UHGV virus genome: UHGV-1299713
Direction: 5' to 3' (one strand)
DNA: 39,920 nucleotides
Source: a virus
The position numbers and the translations under genes were made by a program. Of the stretch, positions 1-11,252 are shown one piece after another (position 1 is the first letter of the stretch; each line of letters starts with the position of its first letter). The notes under the pieces are model-generated. The model was not told where the DNA came from, searched no databases, and worked only from the letters and a program-made list of their open reading frames with translations.

Positions 1-176
1 CTGCAGGGGACACCATTTATCAGTTCGCTCCCATCCGTACCAGTCCGCAAAATCCCCTGAATATCAAGCCTTCCTTAGATTCACAGTTCGTAATGGTTCG
101 CGTCAGATCGTTGACAGCCGCACTCCATGACGGGTAAAAAGTGGATAAAATAATTTTACCCACCGGATTTTTACCC

Positions 177-1334
177 ATGCTCACCGTTAAGCAGATTGAA
201 GCAGCAAAGCCGAAAGAAAAACCATACCGCCTTCTCGATGGTAATGGCCTGTACCTTTATGTTCCTGTATCCGGGAAAAAGGTATGGCAGCTTCGCTACA
301 AGATTGACGGTAAGGAGAAAATCCTGACCGTAGGAAAATATCCGCTAATGACTTTGCAGGAGGCAAGGGATAAAGCATGGACCGCGAGGAAAGACATCTC
401 GGTTGGCATCGATCCGGTAAAAGCGAAAAAGGCTTCGTCTAACAACAATTCATTTAGTGCGATTTACAAGGAATGGTACGAGCACAAGAAGCAAGTCTGG
501 TCAGTAGGCTATGCAACTGAACTTGCCAAAATGTTTGATGACGACATTTTACCCATCATCGGCGGTCTTGAGATTCAGGATATTGAGCCGATGCAACTGT
601 TGGAAGTAATCCGCAGATTTGAAGATCGCGGCGCAATGGAGCGAGCCAACAAAGCACGCAGAAGATGCGGCGAGGTTTTCCGTTACGCTATTGTCACTGG
701 TAGGGCTAAATATAACCCGGCACCTGACCTTGCTGACGCCATGAAGGGATACCGCAAGAAGAACTTCCCGTTTCTTCCTGCAGACCAGATCCCTGCATTC
801 AACAAAGCACTGGCAACATTTTCAGGAAGCATCGTATCGCTCATTGCGACTAAAGTTTTGCGCTACACAGCCCTAAGAACGAAAGAGCTTCGCTCCATGC
901 TATGGAAGAACGTCGATTTTGAAAACAGGATTATCACCATCGACGCCAGTGTGATGAAGGGTCGAAAAATTCATGTGGTTCCTATGTCAGACCAGGTGAT
1001 TGAACTTCTCACTACGCTAAGCTCAATCACTAAACCAGTGTCAGAGTTTGTTTTTGCCGGGCGCAACGATAAGAAGAAGCCAATTTGCGAGAACGCTGTA
1101 CTGCTTGTGATCAAACAAATCGGCTATGAAGGTCTGGAAAGCGGTCACGGATTCAGGCATGAATTCAGCACGATTATGAACGAGCACGAATGGCCTGCTG
1201 ACGCTATTGAAGTGCAACTGGCACATGCCAACGGCGGATCTGTGCGCGGAATTTACAACCATGCTCAGTATCTCGATAAGCGCAGAGAAATGATGCAGTG
1301 GTGGGCGGACTGGCTTGATGAAAAGGTGGAGTAA
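177..1334 (+). CDS. int: Tyrosine integrase, P4-like family (ATG at 177; the ORF track starts at an upstream GTG at 141)
   Basis: N-terminus MLTVKQIEAAKPKEKPYRLLDGNGLYLYV is typical of P4-type integrase arm-binding domains; C-terminal catalytic region present; transcribed from the xis side toward an AT-rich putative att region. Confidence 0.85.
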   Translation: MLTVKQIEAAKPKEKPYRLLDGNGLYLYVPVSGKKVWQLRYKIDGKEKILTVGKYPLMTLQEARDKAWTARKDISVGIDPVKAKKASSNNNSFSAIYKEWYEHKKQVWSVGYATELAKMFDDDILPIIGGLEIQDIEPMQLLEVIRRFEDRGAMERANKARRRCGEVFRYAIVTGRAKYNPAPDLADAMKGYRKKNFPFLPADQIPAFNKALATFSGSIVSLIATKVLRYTALRTKELRSMLWKNVDFENRIITIDASVMKGRKIHVVPMSDQVIELLTTLSSITKPVSEFVFAGRNDKKKPICENAVLLVIKQIGYEGLESGHGFRHEFSTIMNEHEWPADAIEVQLAHANGGSVRGIYNHAQYLDKRREMMQWWADWLDEKVE

Positions 1335-1510
1335 TCCACCTTAACTATCGAATATCACAAAGCCTTGCAATCTAGTGCAAAACTTTGTGTAAGATCATCT
1401 TGTTGTTTTAATTAACAAATAAATTATTTTGATTTTAGCAATCAAAATAAAATGTTAACAATAATGCACAAAAAAATCACTTGCAATTTAATTGTAACAG
1501 CAAATGTTCT

Positions 1511-3406
1511 TTACAATATTCTAACTTCACCGTATACGCTCAATATTTTATCAGGAACAAGGTCGCTTCTACCTTTAATTTGAACATATGGCAAATCATC
1601 AGTATTTAATTCCAAATTTGTAGAAAAGAACACTCCTCCACCACTCTGGATTGAGCTACTAAATTCAAAGAACTCACCAGACATGAATAATCCTTTCAGT
1701 CTTACACTTCCAGACTGATGGTTTACAACTATGTTCACACTTAATGTCTCAACTGCATTATGAATTGCAGATGTCTTTAGTAACAATGTTGAATTACCAA
1801 AATCTATCCACTCAAACCCATATTCACCATCAAGACCACCTGAAAATTTACCAGCATAATTACCAGTTAATATAGAGTTGACGACATTTCCGCTAACTCC
1901 ATTTATTTTCTTCCTCTGGTCTATTCTGTGATTAACTCCAAAATAACCTTCAGGAACAATTAAATCTCTGGTACTAGAAGCAACAGAGTCATAAAATTCA
2001 ACCCTTACACCATGACCATAAGTGTTTTCCTTTGTTTTTAATATCCTCCCAATGTTATCAGCATTTTCAAACCTGTTACTTCCAGAAATAAATATTTCAC
2101 TAGCTGGCGTATCTGCATACCCAACAAAAAACATTGAGTCCTTAGAGATAAAATTCACATAGTTATTTTCAAGTAATGATGAAAATACATAACTACCAAA
2201 ATAAACACCAACATCATCGACATTTTCGATGTATGAGTTACATAATTTGAAATCATAAACAGCGGCATTAAATTGTATGCCAACAGTGCAACCTTCAACA
2301 GAAATACCATCCATTACAAGCGATGTTACAGGCCCATCAAATCTATATTGCATTTGGGCATTTGTTGCAATCAGTCTTGTGAATTCGTTTAAATTATGCG
2401 CACCGCTAAAAACAAATCTATCTCCCAAATATTCCTGCGGATATTCAAAAACAATATTATCCAATTTAAGGTAGTAGTTATTGTGTGAGTGAATACCAAA
2501 TGATGAGCAATTACAAAATATATTTTTAATCTCACACCCATGATGCCAGTCTTGAATCCTTAGACAGGCTGAACTCAACCTATTATTATCTGTGCTTGAT
2601 ATAATAGAGAAATTTGATAATGAGATATACTTACTGTAATGTGAATCATCACTAGAACCAAAGTTGCTTACAAGCATACCGTTATCATTATAATATCCAC
2701 TCTCAAAAAGAGTAATATCTGAAAGCATGTTGAATACGCAACCGCATCCATCTATAATTTTTTGCTTTGCCCTCTCAAATGTTTCATCGAAATTTTGAGG
2801 TATAATTAATGTTTTTTTTATGCCATATACCTTACCTGGAACTCCAATTATTTTTTTGTTGCTATTAAATGCCTCTTTTATTCCTGCTTGAATGTAGTCA
2901 GAGCAGTCAATATCTGATGTATTCCCATTAATGTCTGGCGGTATGAAATCATCAAAAGAAAGTGTTTCCCTTAATTTAATTAATGATGTCGTGCCTTTTG
3001 CATTGTTTTCACTCTGAATGAATCCTATATATTTTGAACCATCGTTTCCAGACAATCTTTCTTCAAGCTGATCAGGGTCATACTTCAGCACATTTGGGAA
3101 TTTGAACTGCTGCGCACCGTACGCATCATAAACAGCCATGGAATGGCCTTGCACAGTTACGAACTTGGCAATCTGTCCGTTATATACCGGATATCCGGCA
3201 GCGTTAATAATGATTGGTTGCGAAACAGGAACGTGAGAGCCGTCTTCGTTCTCCACATAAACCTGAATCTGGTTTTCAGGGTTTACCGGGTCAGTGTCAA
3301 TTTTACCGATATAAATTTTACCATTGGCTACGGCTTTAAAAGAACGAGCCATAGTGAAGAGTTGCGAAGGCATGCTTACCACAACATTTGCGGTGATATC
3401 TGACAT
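1511..3406 (-). CDS. Tailspike protein with P22 gp9-like head-binding N-terminus and a divergent receptor-binding body (start at [13 protein letters not shown] 3406, GGAG 7 nt upstream)
   Basis: First ~120 aa closely resemble the P22/HK620-type tailspike head-binding domain; the remaining ~500 aa are unrelated to the P22 sequence and the DNA is visibly AT-rich. Confidence 0.85.
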   Translation of the reverse strand: MSDITANVVVSMPSQLFTMARSFKAVANGKIYIGKIDTDPVNPENQIQVYVENEDGSHVPVSQPIIINAAGYPVYNGQIAKFVTVQGHSMAVYDAYGAQQFKFPNVLKYDPDQLEERLSGNDGSKYIGFIQSENNAKGTTSLIKLRETLSFDDFIPPDINGNTSDIDCSDYIQAGIKEAFNSNKKIIGVPGKVYGIKKTLIIPQNFDETFERAKQKIIDGCGCVFNMLSDITLFESGYYNDNGMLVSNFGSSDDSHYSKYISLSNFSIISSTDNNRLSSACLRIQDWHHGCEIKNIFCNCSSFGIHSHNNYYLKLDNIVFEYPQEYLGDRFVFSGAHNLNEFTRLIATNAQMQYRFDGPVTSLVMDGISVEGCTVGIQFNAAVYDFKLCNSYIENVDDVGVYFGSYVFSSLLENNYVNFISKDSMFFVGYADTPASEIFISGSNRFENADNIGRILKTKENTYGHGVRVEFYDSVASSTRDLIVPEGYFGVNHRIDQRKKINGVSGNVVNSILTGNYAGKFSGGLDGEYGFEWIDFGNSTLLLKTSAIHNAVETLSVNIVVNHQSGSVRLKGLFMSGEFFEFSSSIQSGGGVFFSTNLELNTDDLPYVQIKGRSDLVPDKILSVYGEVRIL

Positions 3407-3527
3407 TTCATTGCTCCAGACGAATGATATGATGCAACCATGATGTGATTGCATACCGAAATGGTACTATTGAGTATTTATCCAGTAGGTTACGATGCCA
3501 TTCCACCCAACTGGTGAGGCATCAAGG

Positions 3528-3794
3528 ATGTACAGCAAATACGACGAGGCGCAGTTTCACTTGAGACTTCCGCATGAACTCCACGCGAAAATTAAACAGC
3601 GTGCGAAGATGAATAACAGATCGCTGAACTCAGAGATAATTGCAGCGATTGAAGAATCATTGGCTAAACAAAGCTCTGCATCCGTTTACATTGACGATGC
3701 AGAGCGTATGGCAGAGCAACAATCTGATATGGTTAAGAAAATTGTTTTTGAAACGCTTAAGACCATGTATAGCAATAATAAAAAGGAAACATAG
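3528..3794 (+). CDS. mnt: Mnt-like ribbon-helix-helix repressor
   Basis: Resembles P22 Mnt as recalled (RMP-EV--KLK-RA--NGRSMNSE, C-terminal DAERLAEQQSDMVKKIVFETLK); ATG 3528 with upstream GAGG; no arc or ant genes nearby. Confidence 0.7.
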   Translation: MYSKYDEAQFHLRLPHELHAKIKQRAKMNNRSLNSEIIAAIEESLAKQSSASVYIDDAERMAEQQSDMVKKIVFETLKTMYSNNKKET

Positions 3795-3864
3795 AAATCT
3801 AGTTTCCGGCTAAAATGGCATTGCCTTCATGATATCCTGTGAAAAACTAAGGAGAGTTAACCAT

Positions 3865-4350
3865 ATGAAAAAATCACTGTTAATTATCCCTCTTCTGCTG
3901 GTTGGATGCGCAAAAGTAAGTGACTATCAAGCAAGTTGCGAGCAACGCTATCAAAAGCTTAGCGATATGGCTAATTGCCTTGATGCCAGCGTGAAGAACG
4001 ACTCACGCATGGCATCAGCACCAACACCTAAGCTGTATGTCCTTGCTGCAAAGATGCTCGGGCAAGGCGTCGATGAAGGCAAGATAAGTGACGCACAGGC
4101 AAGACTTGAGCTTCAGAATCTTTATGTTCAATTACAAAGCCAAGAACAAGCCCAACAAATAGCACAAAGCCAAGCATTCCAGCAGGCTTTATTGAATTAT
4201 CAGGCTGTAAACACAATGCAAGCGATCGAGCAAAAAGCGCGCCAGCCTGTTATAACTCAACCTTACCCAACACGCGTTGACACATATACAAACTGCAATT
4301 CAGGATTTGGAAACACGGTAACATGCAACAGTAGCAGTAGCATCAGATAA
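3865..4350 (+). CDS. Predicted lipoprotein, function unknown (candidate superinfection exclusion or moron protein)
   Basis: Signal peptide with lipobox MKKSLLIIPLLLVGC; AAGGAGAG RBS 8 nt upstream of ATG 3865; Gln-rich helical middle; Cys/Ser-rich tail. Confidence 0.7.
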   Translation: MKKSLLIIPLLLVGCAKVSDYQASCEQRYQKLSDMANCLDASVKNDSRMASAPTPKLYVLAAKMLGQGVDEGKISDAQARLELQNLYVQLQSQEQAQQIAQSQAFQQALLNYQAVNTMQAIEQKARQPVITQPYPTRVDTYTNCNSGFGNTVTCNSSSSIR

Positions 4351-4440
4351 CAATCAGCAAAGGTATCGCCTATGCAGAGGGATACGATAAACCTCGCGTT
4401 CTACATATTTGGTTTTTGCACGTTCCTGGTGTTTGAAAGG

Positions 4441-6438
4441 CTATTCTGACAACGAATCAGACTTCGCACCCTGCGTCAGTGCATTAATCGCTTTTTGCGC
4501 TTGCTGCATGGCTTTCTCAAACGCTGTCGATCCGCGTGGGGTGTTTGCCATTCGGAGCATTGCATTTCTGAATGGCTCGCTCTCATAGGCGCGAGTAAGA
4601 AGTCCGTAGCTTACTGCTGCGCCAGTTGTCGCCGGGTTCATTGCCGTCCCATACCCAATAATGAACGGGATGGTTTGCTGCCCTGTTGGTGTTGTTACTG
4701 CTGCTTTTGCAGCCTGCTGCGTGGATTGCAGGTAGTTTTTCAATCCTTTCAGATAAGCGGCTTCCTGACCTTTAAATGTGATGCCAGTCTGGTTTTGCAG
4801 GATATTAAGCTGCCGAAGGAACTGGTCAGGGGATCCGCCAGATTTCTCCATCGCCTTTCCAATGATGCCATTGCGCATTTGCGCCCTGCCAACACGACCA
4901 ACTGAGTTATACAGAGTCTTAATTTCCGATTTGTTCTTGCTGAATAGCATGTTGTTGACAACTTCTGGCGTCAGATCGCCTTTCATGAGAACATTCTTCA
5001 GCCTGGTATTCTTGAGTTTCGCTGCTTCGTCAGCATAGACGGCATTGGCCTGCTGATATTTACGGAGAGTATCGTTGCCAAGATTCTGACCAATGGCACC
5101 ATTGATATCGTCGGTCATTGCCTTGTAAACGCGCTGAATGGCAGCATCGGAACGGTTTGGTAACACTGGTCGCTCACCCTTCACGTCCATTCTGAACTGG
5201 CTGCGCAGGTCGCTTAATTGCTTCAAATCCAGATTTACAGGACCATCAGGACCAGCATTGCGAACAAGCTCATCACGATAGGACTGAAGTTTTGAAATAG
5301 TCTCGTTATCAGCGACCTTACCAAGCTTCTGCAGGTTAGATATTTCTGTATCAATCTGCTGAATTGCTCGCGCAGGCTGAATGTTTACTCCAGCCATAGC
5401 ATGCTGAACCTGCTCCAGTCGATTACCGGCGGCACGACGAATTCCTGATGTTTTCGCTTTAAGGCTGTCAATAACAACCGCTGGATCATACTCACCGAAT
5501 TTATCAGCAAATCTCTGAACCAACTGGCTTCTCGCTTCCTGTTGCGTTGCTCTCATTCCGCTTGTGCCAGCCAGAGGGATATTTTCTGCTATAGTCTGCG
5601 CCATTTTTCCGACGCGGGAAGTTGGTTGTAACAGGTCTGTGGTGTGCAGAGGAGTTCCTTCACGCTCTGCAAATCTGATAGCCTGCTGCGCTTCTGGCGC
5701 GATAGCACCACGAACGCCACGATAAGCAGCACCTAATCCACGTCCAGCAGCGTTAATAGCACCGCCAGCAAGTACACCAACGCCTAAATCGGTGGCGAGT
5801 GCTTCCGCATCATCTTTCGCACTATTTGCAGCAAGTGATCCAACTGCGTTTTCTGCTAGAAGGCGAGTCGCCCCCTGAGCAATTCGACCAGCAAGTGTTG
5901 GTGCCTGTACTGCCGCTCTCTCAACACCAGCAGGAGTGAGGTAAGGCAATGCTTCAGCAAATACCCTTCCCTCTGTCGTTTGTGGAGTCAGCGCGCCTTG
6001 CTGAAGGCCAAAGTCCTGCTCTAATCCCTGCGTTGTTACTCGTGGTGCTGGTTGATATGTGCCATCGCCAATACCGAGTTTACCTCCGGCCCATGCCGCT
6101 GCGCTTGTTACAGCATCGGCAACTGATGCAGGTATGTTTGCCACGTTCACGCCAGCCTGCACCAGTCCGCGACCAGTCTCTTTTACTGCTTCGCCAAGAT
6201 CAGACATAAATCTACTTTGCTGTGGTTGTTGCTGTGCTACTGGTTGCTGTGTCTCCACTTGCTGCACAGATGGCAATGGATAGGCAGCATAGAAAGCTTG
6301 CTTAGCCTGCTCTGCATTTTCTCCGGCTTGCGGGGCCACGACTTCATTGAAGTATTGCTCCTGAGCCTGCGCTTTTTGTTCTGGTGCTAACGCCTGATAC
6401 TGTGGAGAGGCGATAACATCTTTCCATGCTTTAGCCAT
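4441..6438 (-). CDS. Ejection (DNA transfer) protein, P22 gp16 homolog
   Basis: Position last in the P22-order ejection protein set 7-20-16; 665 aa; Ala/Gln-rich. Confidence 0.8.
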   Translation of the reverse strand: MAKAWKDVIASPQYQALAPEQKAQAQEQYFNEVVAPQAGENAEQAKQAFYAAYPLPSVQQVETQQPVAQQQPQQSRFMSDLGEAVKETGRGLVQAGVNVANIPASVADAVTSAAAWAGGKLGIGDGTYQPAPRVTTQGLEQDFGLQQGALTPQTTEGRVFAEALPYLTPAGVERAAVQAPTLAGRIAQGATRLLAENAVGSLAANSAKDDAEALATDLGVGVLAGGAINAAGRGLGAAYRGVRGAIAPEAQQAIRFAEREGTPLHTTDLLQPTSRVGKMAQTIAENIPLAGTSGMRATQQEARSQLVQRFADKFGEYDPAVVIDSLKAKTSGIRRAAGNRLEQVQHAMAGVNIQPARAIQQIDTEISNLQKLGKVADNETISKLQSYRDELVRNAGPDGPVNLDLKQLSDLRSQFRMDVKGERPVLPNRSDAAIQRVYKAMTDDINGAIGQNLGNDTLRKYQQANAVYADEAAKLKNTRLKNVLMKGDLTPEVVNNMLFSKNKSEIKTLYNSVGRVGRAQMRNGIIGKAMEKSGGSPDQFLRQLNILQNQTGITFKGQEAAYLKGLKNYLQSTQQAAKAAVTTPTGQQTIPFIIGYGTAMNPATTGAAVSYGLLTRAYESEPFRNAMLRMANTPRGSTAFEKAMQQAQKAINALTQGAKSDSLSE

Positions 6439-7826
6439 TAATCACCCCATAGTGAAGAAAAGTTACTGCTGGCTGCTGGCTGTGATACCTGTGCAGGTTG
6501 AGATTGCTGCCGCTGAGATTTACCAACATTAACGTTATATTGTTGGTTGTAATTGTTGGTGTATTCCTGAATCTCACGAATCGACTGCTGCATAGCCTCC
6601 GGGCTTGAATAGTCAACCTGCGGCATCCCCTGAAAATACATCTTCGCTTCTGCAACGGTGTTAATACCACTGGCACCCATGTCCCTTGCTGCCGCCACAC
6701 CCTGATTCTGCATTCTGCCCTGAATACGTTGTGCTGAGTTATATAACTGGCGCTGCTCTTTTCCTGTTAATCGGCTGCGAACATCAGCACCAATTGCTGG
6801 ATTACCTGCACCGCCTGTCATTCCTGTCATGAAATCGAGAGCAGAAGCGTCTGCATTTGCGATCGCGTCGATATCCTTCTTCATTGCATAGTTTTGTGCT
6901 GATGCAGACGATGTTGCAGGCGCTGCGATTGAACTGGCAGGAACGCGAACCATATTCCCCTCGTTGTCGATGCCTTCGTAGAACGCATTTGCCCCAGCGC
7001 CGTGAAGTTTCCCGCCTACCGTTACAGTTCTGCCATCTGATAACTGAACTGTACGCTCATCATTCCCAGCAGTTCCTCTTGTTGACGCTCGCTGCATTGC
7101 CAAATCCTGCCCGCGTCGCGCAGTAGAAGCAGATAAGTCCTGACCGCGCATCGTGATGTTCTGACCTCGTGCTGTTAGCGCCTCTCCAGCCTGATTGCTG
7201 CGGATTGTCTCTGCCAGCCTGCCTCGGTCAATTTCACGACCAGCCATCTTATCCTGAACATTGAAGTAATCAATCGGACCAAGAGCAGCCATCCCAAGGT
7301 GATCAACAAACTCACCAAATCCTGAAGGATTCTGCTGATACATCTGAGCAACGCTGTTAGGGTCAACACCGACGCGAGTCAGTTCCTTGGCGTTGTTTTG
7401 CAGCCATGATTGCATTGCTTCTGGAGACGATGACGCAAGGCGTGCGCCAGCCGCTAAGGTGCCGATAGAATTACGCTGATCTTCATCAATGAATCCCATG
7501 CCTTTACGAACGGATTCAATCTGGTCTGGATATTGAGTAGCCAACTGACGCAAAGCACCGCGATCACCAGACGCATAAGCATTAGCGTACGCCTGCTGAA
7601 ATTCTTTCTGCCGCTGAGCCTGCTTTTCCTGCTGAAACACCCCTGCAATACCTGAAAGGCCTTGCAAAGCAGTCAGCCCAACATTGTTAGCGCCTGAACG
7701 CTCAATATCATTGTTCTGCCTGATAAGCTGAAGCGTATTGCCGATGTCATTTACGCTCGGAGCGTTTGAGTTGACGCCGCCGATACCAGCCAACAATCCG
7801 CCGTTTGTTCCTTGCCAAGTAGCCAT
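6438..7826 (-). CDS. Ejection protein, P22 gp20 homolog
   Basis: Synteny and size (462 aa vs about 471 in P22). Confidence 0.8.
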   Translation of the reverse strand: MATWQGTNGGLLAGIGGVNSNAPSVNDIGNTLQLIRQNNDIERSGANNVGLTALQGLSGIAGVFQQEKQAQRQKEFQQAYANAYASGDRGALRQLATQYPDQIESVRKGMGFIDEDQRNSIGTLAAGARLASSSPEAMQSWLQNNAKELTRVGVDPNSVAQMYQQNPSGFGEFVDHLGMAALGPIDYFNVQDKMAGREIDRGRLAETIRSNQAGEALTARGQNITMRGQDLSASTARRGQDLAMQRASTRGTAGNDERTVQLSDGRTVTVGGKLHGAGANAFYEGIDNEGNMVRVPASSIAAPATSSASAQNYAMKKDIDAIANADASALDFMTGMTGGAGNPAIGADVRSRLTGKEQRQLYNSAQRIQGRMQNQGVAAARDMGASGINTVAEAKMYFQGMPQVDYSSPEAMQQSIREIQEYTNNYNQQYNVNVGKSQRQQSQPAQVSQPAASSNFSSLWGD

Positions 7827-7835
7827 GATTACCCC

Positions 7836-8528
7836 TTAAAACAACGAGCCAAGCAATCCGATACCAGCACCAATGCCAGCGCCCCAAGGCGTTGATGTTC
7901 CCAAAAGGCTGGCAAGACCTGCACCGGCAATCGCACCAGACGTGCCGCCGCTAATTGCAGTCTGAAGACTTGATGGTTTATTGGCATTTGCAGCGGCAAG
8001 AGCTGCGCTTTGCTGTGCAATGCTGCTCATGTTGTTGGCGTACGTCTGCCCGGCGTTTGCCTGACCTTGCAGAGCACCAAGCCCAACGTTTGCCAGATTG
8101 TTGTAATTGCTCATCTGGTTTGATAACCAAGACTGACCGAGTGTCGGCGCGATCGTAGCCAGTTGATTGCTTGTGGCTGTCGAACCAAGTCCTCCCGTAG
8201 CCTCCGCAGCAGCAAGACTCTGGTAACGCGCCTGACCTGCGAGGTCTTTATACTGCTGAGAGTTGTAATACTGATTAAGTGCCTGCCCCTGACCTTCTAA
8301 ACTGGAAAGGTTCTGAAGCTGGTTAACATACTGCTCCGCAAGAGGCGTGAACGGAGCAAGGTTTTTCATGATCGTCTGCCACTGCTGATTTTGCAGGTCT
8401 GCGGCATACTTCTGAGCTTCTGCTGCATACTTTGCGCTTTTATCAGAGCTGCCACCTTTCCCGCCTTTTTCAGGGCAATAAGGTTCCTCGCCGCGCAGTT
8501 TTCTGCCCAGCTTAAATGCATATAACAT
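7836..8528 (-). CDS. Ejection protein, P22 gp7 homolog
   Basis: Synteny and size (230 aa); N-terminus MLYAFKLGRKLRGEE. Confidence 0.8.
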   Translation of the reverse strand: MLYAFKLGRKLRGEEPYCPEKGGKGGSSDKSAKYAAEAQKYAADLQNQQWQTIMKNLAPFTPLAEQYVNQLQNLSSLEGQGQALNQYYNSQQYKDLAGQARYQSLAAAEATGGLGSTATSNQLATIAPTLGQSWLSNQMSNYNNLANVGLGALQGQANAGQTYANNMSSIAQQSAALAAANANKPSSLQTAISGGTSGAIAGAGLASLLGTSTPWGAGIGAGIGLLGSLF

Positions 8529-8530
8529 GG

Positions 8531-8989
8531 CTATCTCCCGTGATTCAGGAAGTCGGTTAGTTCTTCGCGTGTGGCGCTGTAAAAAGTCACGTCATCCACG
8601 CCTTTGAAGTATTTCTTGATGGTTCCTACACGCTTAAGGCCAATCATTGCGCAGTACATCTGACCGTGGCGGAATTTGCGTGCGGCGAACGATGTGACGC
8701 ACTGAACGGTGGTGTTAGTCAGAATGTATCGCCAGAACGCCAGCCCGATTTCCTTGCTGAAGCCACGAACCTCTGGCAGGTACATGGCGTGGCAATCGAA
8801 TGTAAGCGGCTGAATCTCCTGATAGTAAACAATGCCGCCAAACTGACCGTGCACGTTAACCTCAAAGTAACGGCATTCAGGCTTGTAGTCGTATCCATCA
8901 CCGTTGTTGCTACCGGCGATAATGTCAGGGTGATTTCCGACTGCTTCGATCAGGTCGATGTTTCGCGTTTGTTTGAACTGAATCATCAC
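8531..8989 (-). CDS. Tail/ejection accessory protein, P22 gp14 homolog
   Basis: Synteny between the tail needle and gp7; 4-nt ATGA overlap with the upstream gene. Confidence 0.7.
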   Translation of the reverse strand: MMIQFKQTRNIDLIEAVGNHPDIIAGSNNGDGYDYKPECRYFEVNVHGQFGGIVYYQEIQPLTFDCHAMYLPEVRGFSKEIGLAFWRYILTNTTVQCVTSFAARKFRHGQMYCAMIGLKRVGTIKKYFKGVDDVTFYSATREELTDFLNHGR

Positions 8990-9834
8990 TGCTCCGCGAT
9001 TATCTTGATGGTTGTGGCAGTAAACGCCGCACCATTTGACTGGATGGTTAACGTACTGCCATTTGTGGCAAGAAAGCCGTCTTTATCCACGCTGAAGAAC
9101 GTAGCTAACAGGATGTTGTCGGTTGTTGTCGCCGAGTTGCGACTGCTTACCAGAGTGTCAGGAACAGAGCCGGAAAAGGTTAGCTGCATTGACCTGTTGG
9201 AGGTTCCGCTGGGCCACGTCCCGACGATCGACAGCTTGAATAACAGGGTTTTGTTCTCGTTGAACACAACCATCTTGTTGTTAACGGTGTCGAAGAATGG
9301 TGCCAACGAGCCGGATGACGGCGTGAGCGTTTTCAGCAGGCTAACAAGGTTGGTCGGCGCTGTCGGAATGGTTACAGATACGCCAGAGTAAACAACCTCT
9401 GACTTTTTGCGAGTAGTGGCATACTCCAGAGCATCAATGCGCGTTTCATGGTCTGAAAGCGTGTTTTGAATGGCGACAACTTCATCAGTCAGATAATCAA
9501 TATCGTTTTCTGCTGTCGTTAATCGCGAATCAAGGCCGACTATCGCCGCTTCTGCGTTAGTGATCCTTGTTTCGTGGTCCTGTATCTTCGCTTCAGCCGA
9601 TGCCAGTCGAATTTCGTGATCGACCAGAATCACATCCTGCTCATCGTTCCTGACTTGTGCGTCATAAGCGCCCTGTCCGGCCTCGTTGGCCTTGTTCGCC
9701 ACGTTACCAACATCAGTACCCTGTGCGATAACGTACAGCAGATATGACTGCGAGAAGATATTGCGTGGAAGGACTGATGTGTCGAGCCGCGTAGCTTGGA
9801 TGATTACCGGCACATTGAGATTCGAATCAGCCAT
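8986..9834 (-). CDS. Tail needle (P22 gp26 homolog) with extended C-terminal knob, Sf6/HK620 type
   Basis: N-terminus [43 protein letters not shown] closely matches P22 gp26; 282 aa rather than 233, consistent with a knob-bearing needle. Confidence 0.85.
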   Translation of the reverse strand: MADSNLNVPVIIQATRLDTSVLPRNIFSQSYLLYVIAQGTDVGNVANKANEAGQGAYDAQVRNDEQDVILVDHEIRLASAEAKIQDHETRITNAEAAIVGLDSRLTTAENDIDYLTDEVVAIQNTLSDHETRIDALEYATTRKKSEVVYSGVSVTIPTAPTNLVSLLKTLTPSSGSLAPFFDTVNNKMVVFNENKTLLFKLSIVGTWPSGTSNRSMQLTFSGSVPDTLVSSRNSATTTDNILLATFFSVDKDGFLATNGSTLTIQSNGAAFTATTIKIIAEQ

Positions 9835-11252
9835 TACTCGATCCTTATCTGGCAGCCTGACAGAGTGACAGGTGACTTAGTGATAACACGCAATTTGAAG
9901 CCGACATTTTTCCTGATGCGCCCAACTCGCTTCCACAAAACGCGTTTGTCGTAAACGAACGGTTCATTCTGCTCAATCATCTGCTCACGACCGTAATTTA
10001 TGCCGTCAGTGGTTGCAGAGAGAAAAAGGCGGTCGGCGTACTGAGCAACGCCAGTTGAAGATTCAACTTCAAGGTCGAAAACTCTGGCGTTATCCGCTTT
10101 GAACAGAGGAGTAAACAGCAGATGTTCCTGTTGCTTGTCGTACTGGCTGCTGATATCGAATTGCAATTTCCCGGTCACGGACTCCAGCTTATCGCCGCAC
10201 GTTATCTGATTGCCTTCGTAAATGAAGTCGATAGCGCGGTACACATCATCATACAGTCCTGTTTTCAGCACACACCATTGCGGACCATTGGCGCTTGAAG
10301 ATGCGTCGTACACGAGAACATGGCGCGGAAGGTGGATAATCAGCAACTCATGAGCATCAAAGCGCAACGATTCCATCACGCCATCAGCCAGTTCATCAGC
10401 AGTGTAGGAGCGAAGGATTTTCTCAATGCTCGCGCTGGCGATTGGTGATACCTGACCGGAGCCGATGATATACACAGACGGCGCACCCGTTGCCGGATTG
10501 CTGATGAACGCATACGAATCAGCGAATGGTGTTTTGCAGTAAGTCCCGGCAATACCTTTTTGCACCATCAGCGATGGCTGTGCGACATATAAAGCGGCAC
10601 CAACAGTGGTTGCGCTAGTCAGGGAGAAATATTCAATCGTCGATGAACCAAAGCAGACGATGAAGTCTCGCCATGTACCTATGCCGATGATTCCGTCAGG
10701 CTGAGACTCGGCACGATATTGTGCACTGTAGCGGTCAGGATGCGATTCGTCTTCAAGGTCAGTGATAAACCATGAATCAGTACCGTCTTTTGACCACGCA
10801 TAACGCCCACGTAAGCGCGTAATGTCACGGACCGAACCTAACTCATACTGCGTGAATCCGCTGTCTGTAGGCCAGTTTGAGACGGTTTTAACCGTGCCAT
10901 CATAGCGGTATTCGACCAGTTGACCATTAACGCCTACCGCCTGTGATGTTCTACCATGCGCCATTGATACGCGACCACTTCCGGCAACATCACCGACCTC
11001 ACTTTCTCCTTTGTACAGCTTGCCACCACATACGCGATAAACAGCATTCTGCGCCATGTTGTACTCGACGCCGCGCGATACACCATTCACATCAGAACGT
11101 TTGGCAATGCCCGGGAATGAGCGAAGATATCCGCTGCTGTTGAGTATTTCTTTGGGTGTAGCCAACATATTCACTGGCAGATAGTCGATATAGTCAGCGT
11201 TTCTAAAGTCTTTGCCGACACCTTTCATAAGCGGAAGTTGCTGAATCGGCAT
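9834..11252 (-). CDS. Tail hub protein, P22 gp10 homolog
   Basis: 472 aa, correct synteny. Confidence 0.85.
   Translation of the reverse strand: MPIQQLPLMKGVGKDFRNADYIDYLPVNMLATPKEILNSSGYLRSFPGIAKRSDVNGVSRGVEYNMAQNAVYRVCGGKLYKGESEVGDVAGSGRVSMAHGRTSQAVGVNGQLVEYRYDGTVKTVSNWPTDSGFTQYELGSVRDITRLRGRYAWSKDGTDSWFITDLEDESHPDRYSAQYRAESQPDGIIGIGTWRDFIVCFGSSTIEYFSLTSATTVGAALYVAQPSLMVQKGIAGTYCKTPFADSYAFISNPATGAPSVYIIGSGQVSPIASASIEKILRSYTADELADGVMESLRFDAHELLIIHLPRHVLVYDASSSANGPQWCVLKTGLYDDVYRAIDFIYEGNQITCGDKLESVTGKLQFDISSQYDKQQEHLLFTPLFKADNARVFDLEVESSTGVAQYADRLFLSATTDGINYGREQMIEQNEPFVYDKRVLWKRVGRIRKNVGFKLRVITKSPVTLSGCQIRIE

Noticed and set aside
4495-5038. Plus-strand ORFs of 136 and 86 aa inside the gp16 region
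   Set aside because: Antisense to a well-supported structural gene; Cys/Arg-rich, low-complexity translations typical of non-coding frames.
8666-9391. 241-aa plus-strand ORF
   Set aside because: Entirely antisense to the gp14 and tail-needle genes, which have strong homology and synteny; no RBS context; most likely a frame artefact.
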